Positions 29,003 through 40,000 of a stretch of 64,000 nt of DNA are shown piece by piece (position 1 is the first letter of the stretch; every line of letters starts with the position of its first letter). The notes beneath the pieces are model-generated. The model worked only from the letters and a program-made list of their open reading frames with translations, made no database searches and was not told the DNA's origin. The translations under genes were made by a program, and so were the position numbers. The stretch comes from Desulfobacterales bacterium (GTDB taxonomy: Bacteria > Desulfobacterota > Desulfobacteria > Desulfobacterales > UBA5616). The DNA lies in the NCBI GenBank assembly GCA_046483495.1, contig JAWODC010000036.1, positions 1 through 64,000 on the forward strand, written 5' to 3'.

Positions 29003-30396
29003 CGACGCTAAGCGATCTCGATCTCACAGAAATGATTGCATTACTGAGCAAAAAGGAAATCACTGCAACCGAGGTCGCTGAAAGCTGTCTGGATGCGGTT
29101 GCACGATATGAAGGCGAATTAAATGCTTTCATTTCACTCGATGCTGAAAAGGTAATAGAGCAAAGCCGCCGCATCGATGCAGCCGAAGACCGGGACGGGG
29201 GACCCTTTCTTTTCGGAGCGCCGGTTGCCATAAAAGATCTTATCGATGCAGCGGGCGAGGTCACCACCCACGGCTCTTCTTTTTTTAGAAACGCACCGGC
29301 TGCAGAATCGGACGCATCGGTTGTCGCAGCATTGCGGGAAAATGGGGCTATCGTGTTCGGAAAAACCAATCTCCATGAGTTCGCCTGGGGCGGTACGACG
29401 GAAAACCCGCATTTTGGAAACTGCAAGAACCCCTGGAATCCGGATTACAGTCCGGGAGGCTCATCGGGCGGCAGCGGCGCCGCCGTGGCGTCTCGGATGG
29501 TTCCCGGCGCACTGGGAACGGACACATTGGGATCCGTCCGCATCCCCAGCAGCTTCTGCGGAATTGTCGGACTCAAACCCACCTATGGCCTGATCTCGAC
29601 CTGGGGCGTATTTCCGCTGGGGTATACGTATGATCATGTAGGGCCGATGGCGAGAACGGTTGCGGATGCAAAACGACTATTGGAGGCCATGCTGCCTCCC
29701 CTTGACCGGCAAAAGCTTCTTCGGAAGACCGAAGGAAAGCGACCAAAGCCGAAAGGAGACAAGCCGTTGAAGGGGCTGAAAATCGCCTGCATGCCGGAGT
29801 TGGTTTCAGAAAAGACCTGCCACAAAAGCGTATATAAGCACTACCTGAAAGCCGTTGATTATCTGCGCGAAGACGGGGCCGAAATCGTAGAAGAACGTAT
29901 TCCCGGCATTGAAACCGCACTCATGGTCGGATACGTAATGACACTTTCCCAGGCCGCCGAGATCCACCATGAGCGTCTTGCCGAAAATCCGGACGGGTTC
30001 GGCGATGATGTCCGTGAGCTGCTCGAGAGCGGCCACTTGTTCAGCGCCGTGGACTACATCAGGGCACAGCGTGCCCGTTCAAAACTGGTGGATTTGGCAA
30101 AAAGATCCATGGAAAAGGTCGATGCTTGGATCTGGCCGACCACCCCGGCACCGGCCCAACGCATCGGAGAGTCAAGCGGCGCCGATCTTGCCATGTTTAC
30201 AGGACCGGTCGATGTCATTGGTTTTCCCAGCATCGCTCTGCCCAGCGGGTTAACCGATGACCGGCTGCCCGTTTCCGTACAGGTGGTCGCCGAACCGTTT
30301 GCCGAATACCGGCTTTTTGATCTTGCAGCCGTTCTTGAAAACCGTTTGTGTTTTCCCAAAGATCCGCCGGACTGGGTTAAAAATCGCAACCGGTAA
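28999..30396 (+). CDS. Amidase-signature family enzyme (GatA/AtzE-like)
   Basis: [40 protein letters not shown] (Lys-cisSer-Ser triad), GLKPTYG. Confidence 0.93.
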   Translation: MTTLSDLDLTEMIALLSKKEITATEVAESCLDAVARYEGELNAFISLDAEKVIEQSRRIDAAEDRDGGPFLFGAPVAIKDLIDAAGEVTTHGSSFFRNAPAAESDASVVAALRENGAIVFGKTNLHEFAWGGTTENPHFGNCKNPWNPDYSPGGSSGGSGAAVASRMVPGALGTDTLGSVRIPSSFCGIVGLKPTYGLISTWGVFPLGYTYDHVGPMARTVADAKRLLEAMLPPLDRQKLLRKTEGKRPKPKGDKPLKGLKIACMPELVSEKTCHKSVYKHYLKAVDYLREDGAEIVEERIPGIETALMVGYVMTLSQAAEIHHERLAENPDGFGDDVRELLESGHLFSAVDYIRAQRARSKLVDLAKRSMEKVDAWIWPTTPAPAQRIGESSGADLAMFTGPVDVIGFPSIALPSGLTDDRLPVSVQVVAEPFAEYRLFDLAAVLENRLCFPKDPPDWVKNRNR

Positions 30397-30522
30397 ATAT
30401 CACGCGTCCACTCCCCTGAGCCCATTCTTATTGCCATATCGGTCTTCCATGTGATAATTAGAATCATTAATCATTGGAAAAATCAATTCAGCGCAAGCAT
30501 GGAATATTCCGGGTATTTACAA

Positions 30523-30978
30523 ATGATTGACACATTAAAGCGATTCTTCGGCAAATCTTCCACGGACCCATCTCGAGCATCCGGTCGGCAGTCGGATCAC
30601 GATATCCGCGTCGCAACCTGTGCCCTCCTCGTAGAAATAGCCCGTATCGATGAGGCCTTTACCCCTTCAGAAATGGAGACCCTTTTATGCATTTTAAAAG
30701 AAAAGTACGGGTTATCCGAAGAGAATGCCGATGCATTGATCATCGAAGCCGAAAAGGAACTGGCGAACAGCCTTGACCTTTGGCAGTTTGCCAAGCTGAT
30801 CAATCAAAATTATTCAAACGAAGAAAAAATCGAGATTATCGAAACCCTGTGGCGCATCGTTTATGTCGATGGGAAAATGAATGCGCATGAACGCTACATG
30901 ATGAATAAGGTGAAAAACCTGTTGAGGATTTCCCATGACCAGCTGATCGCTGCGAAACTGAAAGTGCGGGATTCTTAG
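30523..30978 (+). CDS. TerB-family (tellurite resistance-like) protein
   Basis: ATCALLVEIARIDE, DLWQFAKLIN, LWRIVYVDG...E pattern. Confidence 0.85.
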   Translation: MIDTLKRFFGKSSTDPSRASGRQSDHDIRVATCALLVEIARIDEAFTPSEMETLLCILKEKYGLSEENADALIIEAEKELANSLDLWQFAKLINQNYSNEEKIEIIETLWRIVYVDGKMNAHERYMMNKVKNLLRISHDQLIAAKLKVRDS

Positions 30979-30980
30979 CT

Positions 30981-31050
30981 TGTTCCCGCAGTTGAAATTT
31001 TCCGGCCGCCTTAAGCCGGATCGAATTTTAGCGTGTGTTTGATGGACACT
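30981..31050. repeat. Half copy of the MITE/REP-like element
   Basis: TTCCCGCAGTTGAAATTTTCCGGCCGCCTTAAG...TCGAATTTT...GATGGACACT matches one arm of the family; starts right after the terB-like stop. Confidence 0.7.
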
Positions 31051-31157
31051 GCATAAGATTTTTTTTATAGCAAACCATCCGTATTTCGACACAATCGCCG
31101 GAAAAAGCAATTAATAATGAGGAAATAGGGCTTTGAAATGAAGGAGAATCGAGCCGA

Positions 31158-32213
31158 ATGACTACACGCGTTCCCGGCAACCTGCTGACAACAGCCATGG
31201 CGGTCATGCCGCATACAGACGTGGACCGTGCTCTTGAAACGGCCCTCTCACTGGACGTACCGTTTTGGCCGCAGCTGCCGAACTACAGCTATTACGAGGA
31301 CATGTACGTACAGGCCGCGGAACATTTCCCCGGAATGGTCCTGAATGTGAAGGACAGAAGCCTTCGCTTTTCCATGGATAAATTCATCACGGAATTGGAA
31401 GATGTTTTGGCCCGTTTCGACGACCCCGCCACCTTTGACATCAGCAAGACGTATTCGGTCGTGTATCATCGTTTCCTGGAGATGGATCTTTCCAAGCGGC
31501 CCGCAGTCAGAGGACAGCTCGAGGGACCCGTCAGCTTTGGATTCAATGTGCTGGATGAACATGAACGCCCCATTCTTTTTGACGAGACAGTTCGATCGTT
31601 CATGCTGGATTTTATGGCCAAACGCGTCAATGTGCAACTGGCGCGGCTTAAAAGGTGCAACGAAAACGCCTTTATGTTTGTGGATGAACCGGGGCTGCAG
31701 TACCTGTTCTCAGCCATGGCCGGGTATAATGATGCTGCGGCGAAAAAAGACCTCGATTATTTTTTCGCACAGATAGACCGACCTAGGGGCATTCACCTGT
31801 GCGGTAATCCCGATTGGGAATTTCTGCTTAACCTTGATCTCGATGTTCTTTCACTGGATGCCTATACGAATAGTGAAATTATTTCGTCTTACGCCGCTCC
31901 CGTGAACCGCTTTCTCAATCGTGGGGGCGTCATCGTCTGGGGCATCGTTCCCACCGGTTTCGACGTATTTGCAAAAGAAGATGTTTCCTCGCTGATCGAT
32001 CGCCTTGAAAACATTTGGCGGTTTCTGTGGTCGAAGGGTGTCGACCGGGAGCAGCTGATTACCGGAAGTATGCTGTCACCGGCAACATGCTGTTTGATCA
32101 ATCCCGATAAAGAGCGTACAGTTGAATACGCCTTTTCCACAGTTAAACAAATTGCGCATGTACTGCTTGAAAAGTACTGCAAATATGATATTCAGTTGTC
32201 CGCAAAACCCTGA
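31158..32213 (+). CDS. MetE C-terminal-domain-only (core methionine synthase-like, UROD/MetE superfamily) protein
   Basis: MPHTD, PFWPQLP, GQLEGP, FVDEP, GIHLCG (H-x-C), LSLDAY, WGIVPT, LSPATCC. Confidence 0.65.
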   Translation: MTTRVPGNLLTTAMAVMPHTDVDRALETALSLDVPFWPQLPNYSYYEDMYVQAAEHFPGMVLNVKDRSLRFSMDKFITELEDVLARFDDPATFDISKTYSVVYHRFLEMDLSKRPAVRGQLEGPVSFGFNVLDEHERPILFDETVRSFMLDFMAKRVNVQLARLKRCNENAFMFVDEPGLQYLFSAMAGYNDAAAKKDLDYFFAQIDRPRGIHLCGNPDWEFLLNLDLDVLSLDAYTNSEIISSYAAPVNRFLNRGGVIVWGIVPTGFDVFAKEDVSSLIDRLENIWRFLWSKGVDREQLITGSMLSPATCCLINPDKERTVEYAFSTVKQIAHVLLEKYCKYDIQLSAKP

Positions 32214-32231
32214 AAGCGAAGGGAGGCACGC

Positions 32232-32597
32232 ATGAAGAAAATACTCATTGCCGATGACATGGCTGAAATTCGAGAACTGGTGAGCCTGACGCTTCAAAGA
32301 GGGGATTATGTTATCTATGAAGCCCAAAACGGGAAAGAGGCTGTTGATCTATCGAGAACACATCAACCGGATTTAATCATCATGGACATTTTGATGCCCG
32401 GAGAAATCGACGGTCTTGAAGCAACAAGGCATCTGAAAAGCTTCCCGGAAACGAAAGAAATTCCAATCATTCTTCTGACGGGAAAAGGAAAAGAGGTCGA
32501 TAAAGAAGAAGGGCTTGCGGCCGGGGCCTTGGACTATTTTGCCAAGCCATTCAGTCCGCTGGCATTGATCCGGAAAGTCGAAGAAATTATCGAATAA
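32232..32597 (+). CDS. Single-domain response regulator
   Basis: ILIADD, IIMDILMP, LLTG, KPF. Confidence 0.93.
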   Translation: MKKILIADDMAEIRELVSLTLQRGDYVIYEAQNGKEAVDLSRTHQPDLIIMDILMPGEIDGLEATRHLKSFPETKEIPIILLTGKGKEVDKEEGLAAGALDYFAKPFSPLALIRKVEEIIE

Positions 32598-32600
32598 TGG

Positions 32601-33731
32601 GTGTTCTTCTCCAAACCCCTAAAGTACGCATCGAAAACAATCGGAATGAAATCGAATCGCTCAAAACGAGGCATCCTTTCCACCACGCTTATCGCCGTAG
32701 CGCTTCTTGCCGTTTTGCCCATGCTGTTGACGGTTTACCTGTTTGAACTGGAGCAGATCGCCTTCACGGAAATGATCGTGTTTTACTCCGGCATAGCACT
32801 CTTGTGCGTCTTTGCGGGGTATGCACTCCTGAAAAGGTCTTCGGATAAAATCAGAGAGCTTTCAAAAAAAACAACCGAATTTGTAGAACATCAACATATT
32901 TCTCCGATAGCACTGGATGCCGAATATGAAATTCAGGCCATAGCGGATAATTTCAATTCACTGACGAGAAATTTGAAAGACGCTCAGAAGGATTTCCGGC
33001 AGCAAAGCGGTCAACTGTTGGCGTATGCCAAAGACTTATCCGAATCCTATCGAAAAATCCGGGAGGAAGAAGCGATAAAAGAAAAGTTAAGCCAGTATGT
33101 CGGCCAAAACGTGGTAAATTGGGTTATCGAATCCAAAGGAGGAATTCTGTCCCGGAACGAAAAAAAGGAAGTAACGGTCCTGTTTGCAGATATTCGGGCA
33201 TTTACCCAGATTGCCGAAACCACCCAAGCCGATGAAATCGTCGACATACTAAACGAATTTTTCTCTCTTATGGTTGAAATTATATTTAAAAATTACGGTG
33301 TATTGGATAAATTTATAGGCGACCAGGTGATGGCGGTTTTCGGCATCATCTCTTCTGAATCACCCCATCTGGACGCCGTTAAAACCGCCCTTGAAATGCA
33401 GGATTCAACCGAAAATCTAATGAAGAAAAGGGCTGAGCACGGCAAAAAAACATTTGAGATCGGGATAGGCGTCAATACGGGAGATGCCATCATTGGAAAT
33501 GTCGGTTCCGAAAACCGGAAGAACTACACCGTAGTGGGGGACAGCGTCAATGTGGCCGGCCGATTGCAGCAGCTCGCAAAGGGTGGTGAAATCGCTGTCG
33601 GTGAAAAAACCTACTCATTGACCAAGGCCTGTTTCAACTATGAAAAAATGGGCCGAATACACGTCAAAAGCAGATCTCAGCCTGTTGCAGTCTATAAACT
33701 GGTAAGAGGCCACGGGTCGAAAAACGTTTGA
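32601..33731 (+). CDS. Membrane-anchored class III adenylate cyclase (2 TM, HAMP-like, coiled coil, CHD)
   Basis: TVLFADIRAFT, LDKFIGD, GIGVNTG, YTVVGDSVNVAGRLQ; K/T pair indicates ATP specificity. Alternative start ATG 32646. Confidence 0.9.
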   Translation: MFFSKPLKYASKTIGMKSNRSKRGILSTTLIAVALLAVLPMLLTVYLFELEQIAFTEMIVFYSGIALLCVFAGYALLKRSSDKIRELSKKTTEFVEHQHISPIALDAEYEIQAIADNFNSLTRNLKDAQKDFRQQSGQLLAYAKDLSESYRKIREEEAIKEKLSQYVGQNVVNWVIESKGGILSRNEKKEVTVLFADIRAFTQIAETTQADEIVDILNEFFSLMVEIIFKNYGVLDKFIGDQVMAVFGIISSESPHLDAVKTALEMQDSTENLMKKRAEHGKKTFEIGIGVNTGDAIIGNVGSENRKNYTVVGDSVNVAGRLQQLAKGGEIAVGEKTYSLTKACFNYEKMGRIHVKSRSQPVAVYKLVRGHGSKNV

Positions 33732-33844
33732 AATACCGGTCCCGTAACGCCTGCAAAAGGATTCGACTTGGCGGATGTAATTGGCGCAAATTGGACAGAC
33801 TGCAGGATGAGCTGTTCCAAGGCTCATGGAATGGATAAAAACGG

Positions 33845-34825
33845 CTACATTCCCATATCGAAATAGCGCCTCGCCAAAAAGCCGATGACGAAGGAAACAG
33901 CGGCGACCCCCAAGCTGATCAGCATCATTTCCGCAAATCGTCGCTTAAAGCGGTACCCCTTGGCAAATGAAATATAAAAGGTAAAAAGAAAAATAAGCAG
34001 CAAGGCGTTGGCAAGCGTCCATCCAAGGGCCGCTAGATGATGCGCCAAAATAAAAAAAGGCGCAACCAGAATCATCGTAGCGAACAGATATGCTGTCCCG
34101 GTGTAAAAAGATGCCCTGACCGGATTTTTCACCGAACCTTCTTCCGTCCGGATCGACAGGTATTCCGAGCCGGCCATTGAAAGGGATGCGGAAATGCCGG
34201 TTATCAGGCTTATCACGGCAATCATTTGGGTGTTCTGAAGCGCCAGCGTATAGCCGGCGATAGCTCCGGTCAGTTCCACCAGTGCATCATTCAACCCCAG
34301 CACAACCGAACCGGCGTATTGGAGCCGGGTTTCGTCGATGCCGTTCAATGTTTCGTCGTGGCCGCGTTCTCTTCTTTCAACACGCCTGACCGCCTCTGCT
34401 TCGGGAAAATCATGAGTAATCTCACGAAAGGTTTTCTCGGCCATTTCCTCGCTGTATTCCATAAGGCGAAGTGTGAACTGAAGGCCGAATATGCGCGCCG
34501 ATAGGAGATAAGCGAGAATCTTCAGCCGGCTTGGCCGGATATCGACTTTTGTTTGGCGCATTAATATACGATAGTGTGTCAACTCGTCCTCTGCAAGCGA
34601 CTTCAGGGCATTTCGGCGAGACGGCTCCCTGGCTTTTTTCGACAATCGGCTGTAAATGTGGTGCTCGGTAATTTGAGATTTCTGATACTTTAAAATCTGT
34701 TTCCTGATTTTTCCCTGCTTTCGAGTCCCCGCCCGATTAAGCCCGGTGTTTTTTTTCTCAGGTGGAGGAGTCCCAATGTCGTTTCCCTCATTACCCAGTT
34801 CGACCGTTCTCTTTTTATCACCCAT
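33845..34825 (-). CDS. Rubrerythrin/ferritin-like + VIT1/CCC1 membrane protein
   Basis: LAEDELTHY; VLGLNDALVELTG, ASLSMAGSEYLS; hydrophobic C-terminal half. Confidence 0.88.
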   Translation of the reverse strand: MGDKKRTVELGNEGNDIGTPPPEKKNTGLNRAGTRKQGKIRKQILKYQKSQITEHHIYSRLSKKAREPSRRNALKSLAEDELTHYRILMRQTKVDIRPSRLKILAYLLSARIFGLQFTLRLMEYSEEMAEKTFREITHDFPEAEAVRRVERRERGHDETLNGIDETRLQYAGSVVLGLNDALVELTGAIAGYTLALQNTQMIAVISLITGISASLSMAGSEYLSIRTEEGSVKNPVRASFYTGTAYLFATMILVAPFFILAHHLAALGWTLANALLLIFLFTFYISFAKGYRFKRRFAEMMLISLGVAAVSFVIGFLARRYFDMGM

Positions 34826-35236
34826 CTTGCCCTTCCTTCCGCTGCTTCTCGGCATGCGAAACGACCATAAGGTGCTTCTTTTTCATATTCTAAAAAAAAT
34901 AGTGAAGCTTTTTCAGGTGTCAAGATGCGATGAGTACTGTTTCGGACCCAAAACGCATTTTCGTGCCTGAGGCCTCTTGATTCACAAAGCCGGGAAACAG
35001 AGCGAAAACGAAGTCTACGATGCCAAAACAGCCCGAAATGCGTTTGTTTTTCTTGCCAATGTTTATCCGTTGAGGTATTGATGTGCCTTACCTTTCAATA
35101 AACCGCGCGGATGGCCAAGCGGGGGCATGTGCACATTTGATGAGCATCTTTCTACACGATTAACTGCTTATCACGATTCTTGTTTGACACCACGGATGCA
35201 TACCTCCCCCAATGGTGCGTTGTATGTCTCTTTTGA

Positions 35237-35278
35237 CCGCCTGAACTAAAGCGAATTTTCTCATTTTCAGATGGACCT
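35237..35278. repeat. Terminal fragment of the MITE/REP-like element
   Basis: CCGCCTGAACTAAAGCGAATTTTCTCATTTTCAGATGGAC matches the family arm CCGCCTTGAACTGAAKCGAATTTTCTCATTTCYGGATGGAC. Confidence 0.75.
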
Positions 35279-35315
35279 TAATAATAAAAATTCAAATGAT
35301 GAAAGCGAGGAAAAC

Positions 35316-37025
35316 ATGACGGCTGAAATGAGCTATCCGGAATACTCATCGAAATACCCGCTGCTCGTTAAAAATCTAATGGAACGGCCGCTTTATCTTT
35401 ACCCGGATGATACAGCCATGGTGTATCGAAATGACGGCGGGGAATATTTCCGATTTACGTGGCGCCAGTGGCACGAAAGAACGTGCCGGCTTGCGCATGG
35501 CCTCGAGAAGCTCGGTGTGAAACCGGGTGACCGGGTGGCTACCATGGCTCTGAACCACCACTGGCACATGGAAGCCATATATGCCTCCATATGCAGCGGC
35601 GCCATTTCCCATCCGATTAACGTGCGCCTGTCATTAGACCACATGGCCTATACCATCACCCATGCCGAAGACAAAATTATCTTCATCGATAAAGATATTC
35701 TGCCGTTGGTCGAACTGCTTTATGACCGGATTAAAGGATCGGTTCAGGCGTTTATCTACATGTCGGAAAAAACGGAGCTGCCGGACACGAAAATCGAGCC
35801 GCTCTACTCCCAGGAAACATTGATCGAAGATGAACCTGCCATGTTCGATTGGCCGGACTTAGACGAAACGACACACGCGGTGCTGTATTACACCACCGGC
35901 ACCACAGGCCTTCCCAAAGGCGCCCTGTATACGAATCGCCAGATTTATTTGCATGCAGTTCATTCGGTGATGCTTGCCGGGTTAGCCGTCCGTATGCCGG
36001 ATGAACCCCCGAGACCCAACCAGACCATTTCCATGGTCAATGTACCTCTGTTTCACATCCATGCCTGGGGCACACCGTTTCAGGGAGCATTATCGTGCAC
36101 CAAAATGGTATTTCCCGGCAGATTTACAGCCGAAGCCTTCTGTGAACTGGTACAAACCGAAAAGGTAAACACGACGGCAATGGTGCCCACGATGCTGGCC
36201 ATGCTCCTGGAATACCCGGATATCGGAAAATGGGATCTCAGCAGTTTGACCAATATTATCATCGGCGGGGGGGCATTGCCGCTGGGCCTTAAATTAAAAG
36301 CGGAAAAACTGTTTCCCAGCATGAAGGCCACCTCGGGTTACGGAATGACCGAAACCATGGCCGGTGTGATCGGTGCTGCGGTGAAGCGGGATATGGTGGA
36401 TTGGCCGTCTGAAAAAATCGATGAGATTTTCGTTAAAACGGGGCTTGCCTATTCGCCGGCAATCGAGGCCCGGGTGGTGGACGAAAACGGGGCCGATGTG
36501 CCCCATGACAATGAGACGATTGGTGAAATCATTCTCAGGGGCCATTGGATCATGGAAACGTATTTCAAGGAACCGGAACGCACGAAAGATGCATGGAGAG
36601 ACGGTTGGTTTCATACCGGTGATGCGGCTAAAATCGACCGGAACGGATATATCACTATTGTCGATCGTATCACCGACGTCATCCGAAGCGGTTCGGAAAT
36701 GGTGCCCACGGTACTGTTGGAAAACTTGACCAACAACGCGGATTTTGTGCTGGAGGCCACCTATGTGGGTGTTCCGGATGAGAAGTGGGGTGAAGTCCCC
36801 ATGGCTATTGTAAAAGTCATGCCCGGAATGAAGAAAAAGGAGGAGGACCTCATGGATTTTCTCCGGCGGCATGGTGTAGATGCCGGTAAAATAACGCGAT
36901 GGATGCTTCCGGTATATGTGTCGTTTGTGGATGAAATTCCCAAAACTTCCGTTGGAAAATTCAATAAACTGGAGGTTCGCAGGCACATCGACGATTTCCT
37001 GAAAAAGGCCAGAAAAGTCCGGTAG
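35316..37025 (+). CDS. Long/medium-chain fatty acid--CoA ligase (AlkK-like)
   Basis: YTTGTTGLPKG, PLFHIHAWG, GYGMTET, WFHTGD, PKTSVGK; SD GAGG. Confidence 0.92.
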   Translation: MTAEMSYPEYSSKYPLLVKNLMERPLYLYPDDTAMVYRNDGGEYFRFTWRQWHERTCRLAHGLEKLGVKPGDRVATMALNHHWHMEAIYASICSGAISHPINVRLSLDHMAYTITHAEDKIIFIDKDILPLVELLYDRIKGSVQAFIYMSEKTELPDTKIEPLYSQETLIEDEPAMFDWPDLDETTHAVLYYTTGTTGLPKGALYTNRQIYLHAVHSVMLAGLAVRMPDEPPRPNQTISMVNVPLFHIHAWGTPFQGALSCTKMVFPGRFTAEAFCELVQTEKVNTTAMVPTMLAMLLEYPDIGKWDLSSLTNIIIGGGALPLGLKLKAEKLFPSMKATSGYGMTETMAGVIGAAVKRDMVDWPSEKIDEIFVKTGLAYSPAIEARVVDENGADVPHDNETIGEIILRGHWIMETYFKEPERTKDAWRDGWFHTGDAAKIDRNGYITIVDRITDVIRSGSEMVPTVLLENLTNNADFVLEATYVGVPDEKWGEVPMAIVKVMPGMKKKEEDLMDFLRRHGVDAGKITRWMLPVYVSFVDEIPKTSVGKFNKLEVRRHIDDFLKKARKVR

Positions 37026-37072
37026 TGATCATCGGCTCTTCATCGATTCTTGAATGCGATGGACCAAAATCT

Positions 37073-40000
37073 CTAATATCGCATCTTTTTCAGTTCATCG
37101 GACAAGCCAAGGATCCCGTCAAAATCGAAATCGTTTACCAGTTGAGCGATTCTGTCGCGGTAAGGCGCAAATGCGGGCGAACGGGAAGCCATTTCTTCGG
37201 CAATATTCGAAAGTCCGGAGATATCCCCGATTTCGGCAGCCGCGCGCAATTTTTCGGCGGCCTCTCCGGCAAGTTCGGGAGACAGCCGACCGTCGGGTTC
37301 GAGCGTGGGCGAAGGAACCGTTTCGAAGGTTGTTTCCTTCAGGTGCCGGGCGGACCGCAGCGCATGGTCCATTTCTGTTTTAAAGGAGGAAAACGCCTTT
37401 TCCAAGGCATCCGGTCGCGGCGGATTTTCCCTGCTTGCATGTTTGACCAGGTCCACCAATTCCTCGGCGGCACCCTGCAAGTCGACGGCGGCCAGATTGC
37501 CGGCAAGCCCTTTTATGTCGTGGGCGACTTGGTGGGCCAGTTGATAATTTCCGGCATCCAGTGCCTTTCGAATATCATCGGACTTCCCCGTGTAATGGTC
37601 TGCAAATTGGACCAAAAGCTGCCGGTATAACGCCTTGTTTCCCTGAAGGCGCTTCAGCCCTTCCGAGAGGTCGAATCCGTCCAAAGAAGCCGGAATATAC
37701 TGCTTTCCCGTTGTCGACATAGCGGGTTCGGCATCGGCATTGTCGTCTATATCCGAAGAGATTGGCGCCGGCTTGACAGGAGGGGAGTAGGATCGAACCC
37801 ATCGAGCCAAAACGCTGTAGAGCTTTTCCGGATCGATGGGTTTGGTGATATGATCGTCCATCCCGGCTTCTATGCTCTTTTCATGGTCGCCTGCCATCGC
37901 ATGGGCCGTCATGGCGATGATGGGAAGTTGTCTAAATCGCACATCCCGGCGAATGGCCCGGGTGGCCGTGTAGCCGTCCATCACCGGCATCTGCACATCC
38001 ATGAGAACCGCGTCGAAGGGCCTCATCTTTATCGCATCCACGGCTTCCCGGCCGTTATTGGCCAACGAGGCCTCGACACCCGCGGCGGCAAGAATTTCCT
38101 TGGCGACCTGCTGGTTGATCACGTTGTCTTCAACCAGCAGAACCCGAACGCCTTTGAGGCCTCTCAACACATCGAAACCCGGCCGCTTGCCGTCGGCCGG
38201 AACCTTTTTTTTCGCCGTGTCTTCTTTTACCAGAGCGTTCATGATGGTGTCGAACATCACTGAAGATCGGATGGGCTTGATCAGGAAACCGTCCAGACCG
38301 GCCGCCTGCGCCTGCCACAGGATTTCCTCCCGGCCGTAGGCACTTACCATGACGATCGGAGGAACCGGAGTCAATCCCGGCATTTTTTTTATCCGCTTCG
38401 AGACCTCGATGCCGTCCATCCCCGGCAGCTTCCAATCGACAATGATAATATCGAAAGGCCCTTTTTCGATCGATTGTGCGACCGCCCGCAGTCCTTCTTC
38501 GCCGGAGGCCGCCAGCGTGACCTTAAAGGTAAAGGATTCCAGCATCTTCTTAAAAATTTCGCGGGAAGTTGGATTGTCATCCACAACCAATACATGAATG
38601 CCCCGCAATTCAGGCGGCGGCACATAGCGGATTCTTTCCCCCTCCTGGACGGTGCCGAAAACAGCGGTAAAGAAAAAGGTGCTCCCGATACCGGGGGTGC
38701 TCTTCACCCAGATCCGGCCGCCCATCATCTCCACGAGCCGCCGGCTGATGGCCAGCCCCAATCCGCTTCCTCCATATTTGCGCGTAACGGACGTGTCCCC
38801 CTGACTGAAAGAGGTGAACAGTCGTGCGATTTGCTCCTCCGTCAGACCGATGCCTGTATCGCGCACGGAAAACTGGATGAGTGCTTTTTTATTGGACATT
38901 TCGACCAATTCCGTAGAAACCACGATTTCACCCCGATCGGTAAATTTAATCGCGTTATTCGTGAGGTTTACCAGCACCTGTCCGAGGCGAAGCGGATCTC
39001 CAACCAACGATCGGGGCACGTCTTCGGCAATATGAAACAGCACCTCGAGACCTTCTTTTTCCTGCGCTTTGATCGTAATCTGGGTGAAGAGGTTATCCAA
39101 AACCTCTTCCAGATTGAAGCTGATGGATTCCAAATTCATTTTACCGGCTTCGATCTTGGAAACGTCCAGGATATCATTGATCACGGCCAGAAGCGAGTTG
39201 GCGGATATCTGAATTTTGTTAAGATAATCGCGTTGCTTAGTACTCAGGTCCGTATTGAGCGCCAGGTGCGTCATGCCGAGAATGGCGTTCATGGGTGTGC
39301 GGATCTCGTGACTCATATTGGCCAGAAAATCACTCTTCGCCCGAGTCGCCGCCTCGGCCTTGTTCCGGGCGATGATCAGTTCCTCCTCCATCTTTTTGTG
39401 GCGGGTGATATCCGTGACCATTGCGAAAGAGCCGGTTTTCACGCCGTTTTTATCATAGAGCGGGGTCGCGTGAAAAAGGCACAGCACCTTTGATCCATCC
39501 GGCCGGTCAAGGGCGATTTCATAGACACCCTTTTCACCGAAAGCTCTTCGTTTGAGCTGCTCGCGCATAATCGGAGCATTTTTTCTATCGAGAAATGCAA
39601 AGGCGGATTTGCTTATAATCTCCTCACGGGGCCTTTCTAAAAACCGGCACATCGTATCGTTGACGTCCAGCGTACGGGCTTCATTGTCCACCAACCAGAA
39701 GCCTTCGTTGGTCGTCGTCAAAATGCTTTTGAGACGGTATTCGCTCTCCTTGATCGCCTCCTCGGCTTTCTTGCGCTTCGTTATGTCACGGAATACCACG
39801 ACCGATCCGATAATGGAATCGCCTCTGCGCTGCGGGACGCTGGTATAAGAAATATCGAAAAATGACCCGTCTTTTCGCCAGAACACCTCATCCCTTCGAA
39901 AGCTGGAGATGCCTTGCGTATACGCGCTATAAATGGGGCAGTCTTTTTCAAGATGCGGTGATCCGTCGGGATTCGAATGGTGGAACAGATCGTGTATGGA

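Noticed and set aside
28999..30396. Calling the amidase gatA
   Set aside because: No gatB adjacent, and motifs (HEFAWG, TLGSVR) differ from GatA (DEFAMG, TGGSIRQP).
34951..35045. Inverted repeat AAACGCATTTTCG / CGAAATGCGTTT between the VIT1 and ligase genes
   Set aside because: Short and single-copy, with no riboswitch consensus and no similarity to the repeat family; too weak to call.
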